A stretch of 64,000 nt of DNA from Mesotaenium endlicherianum. Taxonomy: Eukaryota. The notes beneath the pieces were generated by a model. The model worked only from the letters and a program-made list of their open reading frames with translations, was not told the origin of the DNA and did not search any database. The number at the start of each line of letters is the position of its first letter. The stretch's first letter is position 1. The position numbers and the translations under genes are program-made. Location of the stretch: contig WELA01000881.1 of NCBI GenBank assembly GCA_009602735.1, positions 132,861 through 196,860 of the forward strand. The letters are read 5' to 3'. Below, one piece after another: positions 53,331-64,000 of the stretch.

Positions 53331-55775
53331 GCCTACTAAGGTCCAGTTAGGTTTTGGCATTGCAGTTCTAACTGAAACGCTTGAATTTTGAGGTACTCAA
53401 CACTGGCTTTTATGATCTTGTGTTCGGAAAGTCTTGGCTTAACAGACATCAAGCTGAAGTGTGTTGGAGCAAAGGTATAGTTATAGTGGGAGGAGCCAGT
53501 GATGGGCAGATGAACTTGGCACCCATCAGAGGTCTTCTTCTTGTCCGTTATGGATGGCAAATGAAGAGGCTTCCAGGAGGATGTAGATTGCTGAAGGCAA
53601 TAGAGTTTGTGGTTAGCTGAAACCAGAAGGAAGACAGAATGTTCTGTCTGCTGCTCAAAGAGATACGCCCTCAACCTGAAGAAGTGGTTGAGAACAAGGT
53701 GAGCCCTCCGGAGCATCCCACTGCTGCAAAATTGTTGCTCATTATGATGATGTTTTTAACATGCCTCCAGGACTTCTCCCTAAGAGGGAGGTGGATATAA
53801 AATTGATCTATGACCTGGAAGTTAGGCACCTTGGCAACGCACTTATGGCTAGTCCTATGAGAAAAATGAAAACTTAAAAACACAGATAGCAGAGTTGGAG
53901 GAGAGTGGGTATATTTATCCCATTGAATCAACTTATGGCGCACCTATTATACTTGTTATGGAAAAAAAATGGTCGTACGCGAATGTGTGTGGATTACAGA
54001 GCTCTGAACAGAAACACATTAAAGAGCAAGTATGTTTCACCCAAAATTGAGGACTTGCTTGATACACTGTCTGGTGTTAAAGTGTTCAGTATGGTTGATT
54101 TCTAGAGTGGTTATCACCAAATCAGAATTGCTGAGGGAGATGAACAAAAAATTGCCTTCCGCACACGTGATGGACACTATGATTTTAATGAAATGCCATT
54201 TGGAGTGACTAATGCTCCTGTAACGTTCATGGAGGCTATGAATGACATTTTCAGACCTTACTTGGATAAGTTTGTGCAAGTCTTTTTTGGTGATATTTTA
54301 ATCTCCTCTAAATATAAAGCTAAGCATGCAGAACACTTCAAGACATTAATGGAGACTCTCAGAATGAATCAAGTACATGCTAAAATGAGCAAGTGTGATT
54401 TTTTTATTGTGAGTATGGACTTCTTAGAACACGTTGTCAGTAAGAAAGGCATTAGTGTGGATCCTAAGAAAGTCCATACCATACGGGACTGGTTAGCACC
54501 TCAAACCATCTCAAAAGCTAGATCCTTCCTAGGGCTGGCTAACTACTACAAGAAATCTATTGAAATCTATCCACAAAGGCCAGTAACTTGAGTGACCTTA
54601 CTAAAAAGAACATAGGGTATGTGTGGGGGGAAGGGCAACAAGCTGCCTTCCAGACCCTTATAGATGCTTTGTGCTCTGCCCCTGTTCTCGCTGTGTATGA
54701 CCCTAGCAAGCCTGTGCAATTGGTTACTGACGAGTCTGACTTTGCCATGGGTGCTATTTTGTTGCAGCTTGCTGACAAAACCACAAAGAATGGTAGGGTA
54801 AAGCAGCAGTGGCATCCTATGCTGTATGAATCTATAAGTTTATTCCAGCAAAAATTAATTATTTTTTGCATGATGAAGAGCTGATAGCTATCATTCATGT
54901 CGTCAAACAGTGGAGAGCATAATTACGTGGTGAAGCTTTTAAGGTGATTACAGATTATCCAACTTTGACTCATTTTCAGAACAAATCCAAGCTATCGCAA
55001 AGGGGCAATCGTTGGAGCCAGATGCTGGAGCAGTTCCAAGTCCAGTGAAGTTGAATCCTATTGATGCACTCTCTAGAAGACCTGACTTGCAAGAATAGAA
55101 TTTTAATCAGCATGCTGTAGATAAAGTTCTTTGTGCACTTACCAGGGTTACGCCGTACGCCGTATTGGCCAACCTTCGTACGCTTAAATAAGCGTACTGC
55201 GTCGGTACGCTCGTACTAAGCGTACGATTAACTTTTTGTTCGTGCGCGTCGCCCAGCAACGTTTTGACACCTTCACGTCCGCGACCGCACGCTCTGTTTC
55301 ACTCGTGACTTTGCATACATCGTCGATCGACGGGATTCAAACTACCAAGTGCATCTTGATAGGTTTGTGGAGCAACGGCGGGAACTAAAAAAAAATCACT
55401 AGCCTTTTCACCAATATTTTGGCCACCAGCCATTTCAATTTTCGCCTCCAACGTGCATCTGCGTGAGTTGCTGCCCGTCTTACAAGCTACAATCCTTTTG
55501 GCCAATTTCGCGGAGCCTACTTAAGAGACTTCTAGCGCCTTTCTTTGCAGTTCGCACCTGCTATTCATCGTAAGTTTTCTTACTTTCGCATTTAGGACCT
55601 TGCTGCCTTGCATTCCTCAGGCTGTAACACATCCAGGCCAGCAGCGGACGGGCCGAAGCTGGAGTGGACGGCGTGATTCAAGCCTGTTCTGTACTACAAG
55701 GTGGCGCCGTCTTCACGCTCACGCGCCTCACCACCAACATCTCTCAGGTGCGTCCATCCCCTCTTGCCCTCTTTG

Positions 55776-58745
55776 CGACCAGCCCCTTGCTTGCTATTGT
55801 TGGGGCTGGCTGCCAGCCCCTTGCTTGCTCTTAAGGGGGCTGGTTGCTAGCCCCTTGCTTGCTTGTGTCGGGGCTGGCTGCCAGCCCCTTGCGTGCTTTT
55901 TGGGGGCTTAGCAACCAGCCCTTGCTTTTTTGTGTTGGGGTCGGCAGCCAGCCCCTTGCTTGCCTGTGTCGGTGCTGGCTGCTAGCCCCTTGCTTCATTG
56001 TGTTGGGGCTGGCAACTAGCCCCTTCATTGCTTGTGTCGGGACTGGCTGCCAGCCCCTTGCATGCTTTTTGGGGGGCTGGCAACNNNNNNNNNNNNNNNN
56101 NNNNNNNNNNNNNNNNNNNNNNNNNNNNNNNNNNNNNNNNNNNNNNNNNNNNNNNNNNNNNNNNNNNNNNNNNNNNNNNNNNCCAGCCCCTTGCTTCCTT
56201 GTGTCAGGGCTGGCAACCAGCCCCTTCATTGCTTGTGTTGGGGCTGGTTGCCAGCCCCTTGCTTGCTTTTGGGGGGCTAGCAATCAGCCCCTTGCTTGGT
56301 CTTAGGGGGGCTGGCTGCCAGCCCCTTGCGTGCTTTTGTCGGGGCTGGCAACCAGCCCCTTGCTTTTTTGTGTTGGGGCTGGCAGCCAGCCCCTTGCTTG
56401 CCTGTGTCGGGGCTGGGTGCTAGCCCCTTGCTTCATTGTGTTGGGGCTGCCAACTAGCCCCTTCATTGCTTGTGTCGGGACTGGCTGCCAGCCCCTTGCA
56501 TGCTTTTTGGGGGGCTGGCAACCAGCCCCTTGCTTGCTCTTAGGGGGGCTGGCTGCCAGCCCCTTGCGTGCTTCTGAGGGGGCTGGCAACCAGCCCCTTG
56601 CTTCCTTGTGTCGGGGCTGGCTGCCAGCCCCTTGCTTGCTTTTTGGGGTGCTAGCTGCCAGCCCCTTGCTTGCTTGTGTTGGGGCTGGTTGCCAGCCCCT
56701 CTTGTTGGTTTAGGGTTTTAGTCGGGGCTGGCTATTGTTGTGCCCCTTGCTTGCTTTTGTCGAGGTTGGTTGCCAGCCCCTTGCTTGCAATGTGTTTAAG
56801 TCGGGGTGGGCTGCCAGCCTCTTGCTCGTTAAGTCAGGGTTTTTATTGGGGCTGGCTGCTGTTGTGCCCCTTTGCTTGCTTCTGTCAAGGTTGGCAGCTA
56901 GCCCCTTGCTTGCTGTTTCAGGGTTTTAGTGGGGGTGGGCTGCCAACCCCTTGCTCGGTTTTCACGAGCCTGGCTGGCATCCCCTTGCTTACAATTTCGA
57001 GATTTTGGTCCACATTTGCACCAGCTCTATCTGCAACCTGCTGTGCCTGTGTTGTTCATTCTTGCTTTCTTCCTTTTCGAACTCGGCTGCTGCTTTTGTG
57101 CACCCATTGCACATTTGTTGTTCTGCTCATTGTGAACTTTCTCCCTCGTGTAGATTAGGGCTAGCTGTCTGTTGCATCTTTTTACAGCTCTGTCTCCTTT
57201 TTTGTCTTTTGTGAAGCAGGGCAAGACAATAAGGAGCGAGTAGACCCCCCTTCTACCTACCCCACGTGTGCCCATTGACGCGTGAGCGACATTGACACGT
57301 GAACAGGTGCCTTAATCCTCCTTCATTTTTCCCGTTCTCTCTCGTGCCTCTTGTTTGCTGTGGTCGGGGCTGGCTGCCAGCCCCTTGCTTGCTTGTGTTT
57401 CGACTGGCTGCCAGCCCCTTATGTGCTGTTGGTGGGGCTGGCTGCCGCCCTGCTGTTTGGCTGCAGCAGCCGCCCTTTGCATGCTGTCTGGTGCATGCTG
57501 TCTGGCTGCTGTGGTGCTGCAGCAGCTCGCCCCTTGCTTGCTTGATTGGGATTGCTGCTGCTGTTTTGACGACCCTATGCCCTTTTGTGTGTCTTGTATC
57601 AGTGAGGAAGGCGGGAATAAGAAACTACCAGACTCACCCCTCATTGGTGCACACACGTCTTCCGACACGCGCATCAGGTGCCATGCCCTTCCCTATCTCC
57701 TTTCTCCCTCTTTGCCCTGTTCTTACTGGTAGTGGCATCCGCGCGCCCCTTGCTTTTTTGAGTAGGGCTGTCTGGCATGCTGTCTGGCTGCCGCTGTGCT
57801 ACAGTTGCCCCTTGCTTGTTTTGGTTGGGGCTGTCTGGCTGCAGCACCGTGCTCTTGCTGGTGTGCTGTTGTCTATCTTACATGTGTGTACATTGTCCCT
57901 TCTCTCATGTGTGAAGCAGCCCAAGTTCAAAACGAGCGAGTCGGCAGGCCTTGCGCCAATCCACACGCAGTCAATCTCCACCAAGTGTTTCAGGTCCCCC
58001 CCCCTTCCCCTGCGTCTCCCTCCCTTGCGTATTTTTTCTCTTGCTTTGGTCGGGGCAGTCTGTCTTTTGTGCTGCAGCCGCCCCTTGCATGCTCTGGTCA
58101 GGGCGGGCTGGCTGCTGCCTTGCTGCAGCAGCCCCTTGCATGCTCTTGTCAGGGCGAGCTGCTAGCCCCTTGCTTGGTTTTGTGGGGCTGGCTGTTAGCC
58201 CCGAGCTTGCTGTTGAGTCTTGTCGGGGCTGGTTGTCAGCCCCTTGCTTGCTTTTGTCAGGGCTGGCTGCCAGTCCCTTGCCTGTTGTCTTAGGGTTACA
58301 GTCTGGGCGGGCTGGTTTGTCTTTGCTTGCTGTTTAGGATTTTAGTGGGGGCGGGCTGCCAGCGCCTTGCTTAGTTTTGTCGGGGCTGGCTGTTAGCCCC
58401 GGACTTGCTTTTGAGTTTTGTCGAGGCTGGTTGTCAGCCCCTTGCTTGCTCTCTTAGGGTTTTAGTCGGGGCGGGCTGGCTTGCCTTTGCTTGCTGTTTA
58501 GGGTATTAGTGAGGGCGGGCTGCCAGCGCCTTGCTTAGTTTTGTCGGGGCTGGCTGTTAGCCCCGAACTTGCTTTTGAGTCTTGTCGGGGCTGGTTGTCA
58601 GCCCCTTGCTTGCTTTGTCAGGGCTGACTGCCAGTCCGTTGCTTGCTGTCCTAGGATTTTAGTCGGGGCGGGCTACCTTGCCTTTGCTTTCTATTTAGGG
58701 TTTTAGTGGGGGCGGGCTGCCAGCCCCTTGCTTGCTTTTGTTGGG
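55776..58745. repeat. Array of ~33-35-bp palindromic minisatellite units (GGGGCTGGCTGCCAGCCCC + TTGCTTGCTTGTGTC-like linker)
   Basis: Dozens of units in blocks at ~55776-56990, 57360-57540 and 58070-58745. A multi-unit block at ~55870-56084 recurs at ~56307-56523. A ~165-200-bp higher-order unit starts at 58184, 58382 and 58546. Confidence 0.93.
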
Positions 58746-58855
58746 GCTTCCTGCTCTCTTGCTTGCCTATTGTTGCTCTTTTGCTTGTTTGACTGGCATA
58801 TTCTTTTGTCTCTTATTGGTTGCTGTTCTCCGTTATTGCAGGTTTCACGCGTATC

Positions 58856-61228
58856 ATGTCTCAACCATCCACTTCGTCCGGAGCAACGCTTTCTGGAATG
58901 AGGGTATTCACTGGAGCTTTGACCTGCCCCCTAGAGCAGTTGCTGCAAGGTCTCGTCCAGAGCGTGGCCATGTGACCATCGTTGTGGAAGCCAAGTCCAA
59001 GAATTCATATCCAAAGGTGAAGTGCAACTACTGCCCCAGGGAGTTTACTGGTGGAGTCACGCGGATTCGTGGCCATTTCACGGGAGGCTGTAAGGATGTT
59101 AGTCAGTGTGAGGAGGTTCCCGATGAAGTTCTAGATCTCATGATTAGCCGTAGCAAGGGTATGGCTTGTTCTCTATTAGGAACGCGACGTAGGAAGAGTA
59201 CCATACAAGCTGCACGAAAGCGTGTGCATGAATGGGGTACTGGTGCTCGTGGCTCAGCATGTGCAAGTGTTGGGGGGTCCCTTTCCTTAAGCAGGGAGAC
59301 AGGGCAGACCTCTCTAAGTGACATGTTCCAAAAGATGAATGCTGAGAATGTCCATGAGATTGTCGCTCGCTTCTTCTATGGTACTGGTTCATCATTCAAT
59401 GTTGCTCGCAGTGAGTTCTTTAGGGACATGTTGGTTGCTGTCAGTAAGTACACTCAGGAAACTGGTATAGTGTATGTCCCTATGAAGGATAAGCCTCTCG
59501 GAAGTACCCTACTAGATAAAGAGGTCTTGAAGATAGAAGCTTGGGAGGAGAAACAGAAAAAAGGACTACCATTGACGGGTTGTAACATTGTAGCAGAGGG
59601 GTGGACCGATCCATGCGGGCATCCTCTTCTTAACGTGCTTATGGTTGTGGGAGGCACTGAGATGTTCATGGATGCTATCAACACTGAGGGTGCTAGGAAG
59701 ACGGGTGATTATATTGGTAATCACCTGCTTGAGGCCGTGGAGAAGGTAGGGGCTGATCATGTCGTACAGCTTTTCACAGACTCTGCAGCTAACATTGTAG
59801 CTGGTTGTAATGTGGTTCGCGAGAAGCACCCGCACATATATAGGACGCCTTGTGCTGCTCATGTTTTGGACCTGCTGTTGAAAGACCTAGGAAAGATAAA
59901 AGAGCTAGAGGGCATAATCGATAGCTTCAAGCACTTGGTCCAGTTTGTTGCAAACCACCACATGCCTCACGCTCTTTACCGTGAGCATGGGGCAAGGCTA
60001 AAAAATACACTAGAGTTGTTGAAGCCAGGACCCACAAGGTTTGCCAGTAACTTTCTTTGCTTGCAAAGACTCATCGTTGTGAGGGATACCTTACAAGCTA
60101 TGGTGTCTGACAATAGGTGGCTTGAGTGGGCGATCATGCACGGTTGTTAGGCGAGGCTACAAACATTAGAGACCTAGTTCGTGACGATGAACTTTGGGAG
60201 CGAGTGAAGGTATGGGTAGACGTGTGTGAGCCGATTGTAGTTCTCCTTTGACTAGTCGACTCTCCACAACCTTCTCTTGGGAAGATCTGGGCTCGCATGA
60301 GTGCCATTAAAGAGCATGTGCTTGAGGTTGAAGGACTCAAACCGGCACAAAGAACCCAAGTTAAGAAGGACATGAAGGCTCGATGGGACCAGCTTCACAG
60401 CCCCCTACATTTTGCGGGTAAAAGGTCTATTCTGACATTGCTCACCTCTCTTGCTCGGCGGCTGTTGTTCTCTTGCATGCTTGTTATTGTGTGTTGGTCA
60501 TTGTTCTTGTTATTGTGCTTGCTATTGTTATTGCTCTCTTTTTTGTGAAGTGCATTGTGTTGTTATATATTGAGTTTGCTTCTTGACTTTGTTTGGCTAC
60601 AGGCTACTATCTGGTCCCCGAGTTCCAAGACCATGAGTCTTGGGCAGTTGAGAAGTGTTTACTAACTGATTGGTCCAACGTGCGGAATACCCTTGTCGGA
60701 GGAAATGTGCTTGACCGAGCGTTGGTGGATCGAGAGTTGGCGCTCTACCGACAGAGCGGTGACATTTTTGGCGATGATGCTTGCAAGGCTAATAAGACCA
60801 TGATGCCTGCTCACAAGTGGTGGGAAACATATAGAAGTCATTGTCCTAATCTTCAACTTCTTGCTATGAGGATATTGTCGCAACCTGGTTCAGCAGCTGC
60901 ATGTGAGAGAAATTGGTCTGAGTACGGGTTTGTTCACAGTCCACTTCGCAATAGGCTGCTCCCTACTAGAGCAAAGAAGTTAGTGTATGTGCATTCTATG
61001 TTGAGACTTCAGGAGAAGAGTTTGGACTTCCTTGGACCAAGTGTCGGCGTCACTCCATGGGTTGAAGAAGCGGAGTTCTTAGAAACACCCGAAGAGGAGG
61101 GTCTCAATCTTGCCATGCATGCCTCGTTGAGTGAGGAAGAGGAGATGGAGGTAGAGGAAGAGGAGGTGGAGGAGCGACCTAGTATTTCAGCTCTAGGAAG
61201 AAGAAGGCCAAGAGCGATTGGTTACTAG
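58856..61228 (+). pseudogene. hAT transposase (BED finger, DUF659-like catalytic region, C-terminal hAT dimerisation domain); intron 60418-60602
   Basis: KCNYC...RIRGHF, EGWTD, LFTDSAAN, TPCAAHVLDL, PGPTRFAS, RWDQLHSPLHFA|GYYL (GT-AG intron), WW...CPNLQLLAMRILSQPGSAAACERNWS...RNRL. Frameshift near 60131 and TGA at 60249-60251. The ATG at 58856 is out of frame with the main ORF. Confidence 0.93.
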
Positions 61229-63653
61229 ATGTGTCGGTCAGCTAACTTGTATGCTGTAAAGGTAGCATGTACATATTAAAGAGAATGGAAGTTAAGAAAA
61301 TGAATACATTTGAAATTAATATTTGGTGCATTATGACTTCATGCAATGTTGCACTTTGTGTGAATGATTTACTTTATATGGATTACCTCTAACCTCTCAT
61401 GCATGCTTGCTAAGAGTTTAAATCATGTTTGTCTTTATTAAAGCTTATTTTACTCGTATGAGAAGTAATGATACTTCTAAGTCTTTTTGTTGAATCAATC
61501 AACTAGTTAGAAAGTACAAAAAACCATGCTCTGCTAAGCGGTTCTCCCGCTGGTAGTGCGTATGAAAATAATTCTAAGTTGAAGTTCAGTCATTCTTAAA
61601 TGTGGCATTTATAAGAACTTCTTAATTCTTACACATGCTTGCTAAGAAATTAAATCATATCTATACCTCTTCATTGAAGCTTCTTCTACTCGATTAAGAA
61701 GTAATGATACTCCTAAGTGTCCTAATTCAACTTAGAAATAAGTTAGGAAGTAAAAAAAATAGCTCTGCTAAGCGGCCCTCCCAGCTTTGGCATGATTGAT
61801 GTCGTCGAATTGTACATGGAAAAGCAGTAAATGAAATTAAAATATAATAGTCAAGCGCGGAAGTCCAATACATATTGCATAATACGAAACATTGGTAAGG
61901 CGTTCTCCCTCCAGCCGGTGGCGGGGGTTCAAGACCGTCGGCTGGCGCCCGAAGCCAACAGTAGTTTACCTTTTTTGAAATTGTTTTCCACCATTTATTT
62001 CTGCAGCATGTCTTACTTGTCAGCTCCATAAACAACACTGATACATATATGTCAGAGAAACATGCATGGCACGTTGGGTATTGTCCCATCCCTGCACCCG
62101 GTGGCGGGTGTTCAAACCCGCTTGCCGACGTCTGTACTAGACGAAGGTACAAATACTTTTCGCGACTTGTAGCTGCAAAGCGGGCAAAGAAAAGTCCAAA
62201 ATCGCCTGAAAAAAATACCCTGCCATTTTGAACAGAGTAAACAGTCTGACACGACGTGGTTATTTTACACGTGCGACCGACATGAAGCGTCGACGCCGTA
62301 GCTACTGGACGTCGACACCGTCCTGACGTTAGCGTACTAAGCGTATTAAGCGAACTAGTCCATTTTTTTGAACACTGATCTAAGCGAACTAGCGTATTAG
62401 TCGAACTAAGCGTACAAGCGTACGGCGTAACCCTGGCACTCACGTTACTTAAGGTGAAAAAGTCGTTCCTTGAATTACTTGGGAAAGCCTACCAGTCTGA
62501 CCTGACATTTGAGCCCAGCCAAAGTAATTAGTGTGTCCTGCTACTGCACTTGGTTATAGGCTGAAGGGAGGATCCTCGGTAAGTGAAACCACTTTGGAAA
62601 GACAGAAGCTGGTGATTCCAAATAACTTGGAATTATTACAACCACTACCTATTTCAGCTGGAAGATGAAACACCAGATCAATGGACTAGGTGGTAACACT
62701 ACCAAAAATTGCCAATGGGCATCGTTCAATATTGGAAGAAGTGGATAAATTGACAAAAATGGTCATTTCATCCCCACAATTGTCAAGATGACTGCACTCG
62801 AAACTGCGTGACAATTCTATAACCATGTAATTTGACAACATGGATTACCCTCCAATATCATCTCACACAGAGGCTTAAAGTTTACCTCTTAGTTGTGGAG
62901 AGCCTTAATGTGGTTGATGGGAGTCAAACTGTTGCTCAGTACAGCAAAATACCCTCAAACTGATGGGCAAACAGAAAGAACTAATCAAGTTGTGCAGGAG
63001 GTGTTGAGAGCTTATATTAATAGAACACAAGGTAATTTGGATGACCTCTTGCCTCAAATTCAATCTGCGATTAAAAGTGCAGTGTGTGCGTCAAGGGGAA
63101 AGACTCCTTTTGAACTCAGCTTAGGAAGAGTCCCTAAGTCTCCTCTGGATGTGCTCCGGGAAGTCGGTAGACCACCTTAAAAGTCAAAGTGACAGGCGGT
63201 CGTGTCTTCATTTTGGTTGGAGGGGAATGTGACAGTTAGGTGACAAGAATGTAACAGTTAAGTGTCAGCATAGTGACAGATGTGATAGCCAGGGCCACCT
63301 TAAGCTAACTTGGAGAGTGTCCACCACTTGGAAGGAGGGAGCGACTAGCACAGAAACAAATCACTCAACTTACCCTGCACACACATTCATTTGTTTATTC
63401 TCATCACGCTACAGCTCCATTGACTCCTACTACCGATCCTGTAAGGTAAGGGAACGACTCTAATGTCATCATTCAAACTTACTCGTCTTTCAACACCTAT
63501 TGTGACAATGGATGAGATTTTCCTAATTTGTGTCTTGGCTACATGTGCAAGATGGCTCCTACCACGCAAAAGGAAGATAGGAAGCGCAAGGAAAAAGAAG
63601 CTAAAAGGACAATGGAGCGCTACCAGAACAAGCTGGCAGTGACGTCCCGCACC

Positions 63654-63927
63654 AAAAGAGAACAGGATAGGGTCCGCAAACAACAAGAGGCAGCAGAAGA
63701 GGCACAGAGAAAGAAGGCGCAGGAGGCTGAAAACCTCTGAAAAGCTGAGGAGGAGAGACAGAAGAAACAAGACTAGGATGCGGCGGCTGCAAAAGAGAAC
63801 AAGATAGGGTCCGCAAACAGCAAGAGGCAGCAGAAGAGGCACAGAGAAAGAAGACGCAGGAGGCTGAAAACCTCCGATAAGCTGAGGAGGAGAGACAGAA
63901 GAAACAACAACAGGATGCGGCGGCTGC
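63654..63927 (+). repeat. Tandem duplication of a 137-bp unit in a K/E/R-rich, stop-interrupted reading frame
   Basis: 63654-63790 and 63791-63927 are near-identical (AAAAGAGAACA.GATAGGGTCCGCAAAC...GATGCGGCGGCTGC). Confidence 0.85.
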
Positions 63928-64000
63928 GGAGGAAGAAAGGAAGAAGAAGGAGGAAGCTAAAAATTAGAAGAGCTTGGCCATTTACAAACATACTATGGTG

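Larger units (their letters stand above)
55143..62435 (+). mobile_element. hAT DNA transposon, full length (7293 bp in assembly), transposase disabled
   Basis: TIR CAGGGTTACGCCGTACGC / GCGTACGGCGTAACCCTG, same as 8681-12244. 8-bp TSD GCACTTAC (55135-55142) / GCACTCAC (62436-62443). Subterminal TAAGCGTAC / AAGCGAACTAG repeats. Confidence 0.96.
53331..63507 (+). mobile_element. Degenerate Ty3/Gypsy pol split by the hAT at 55143-62435; probable 3' LTR from 63228
   Basis: Protease C-terminus (YDLVFGKSWL), RT ([27 protein letters not shown]), RNase H (VTDESDFAMGAIL). Integrase at 62740-63180 (YPQTDGQTERTNQ). PPT TGGAGGGGAA precedes TGTGAC at 63228. LTR end at ~63507 is uncertain. Confidence 0.8.

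Noticed and set aside
55600..58337. Leu/Cys/Gly-rich ORFs up to 288 aa
   Set aside because: These are translations of the tandem repeat array.
55776..58745. CRISPR-like appearance (palindromic repeat plus spacer)
   Set aside because: Linkers are only ~15 nt and homologous to each other, the repeats are degenerate, there are no cas genes and the context is eukaryotic. It is a minisatellite.
58732..61228. Active hAT transposase or domesticated host gene
   Set aside because: Frameshift near 60131 and stop at 60249, and it is enclosed by TIRs and a TSD.

Overview
Eukaryotic, transposon-saturated 64-kb window. The 377-aa plant-type actin and the transposon families suggest a green plant or streptophyte alga (inference). 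The only intact host gene is a five-exon actin (2360-4826, +), with two hAT-type MITEs just upstream. The rest is mostly a nested pile of decayed transposons: several Ty3/Gypsy elements (three with chromodomains), solo LTRs, a purine-rich non-coding LTR element and a disabled piggyBac. Three hAT elements are also present; two have intact TIRs and 8-bp TSDs. The most notable items are: (i) a complete 3.4-kb LTR element with no pol and one ~600-codon ORF I cannot assign to gag or any known family, with a diverged relative at ~52 kb; (ii) a 7.3-kb hAT whose region upstream of the transposase is a ~3-kb array of ~34-bp palindromic repeats interleaved with exon-like islands; (iii) a piggyBac transposase in a plant-lineage genome. 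I found no prokaryotic-type system such as CRISPR. Assembly gaps lie at 24646-24675, 46101-46643 and 56085-56182.
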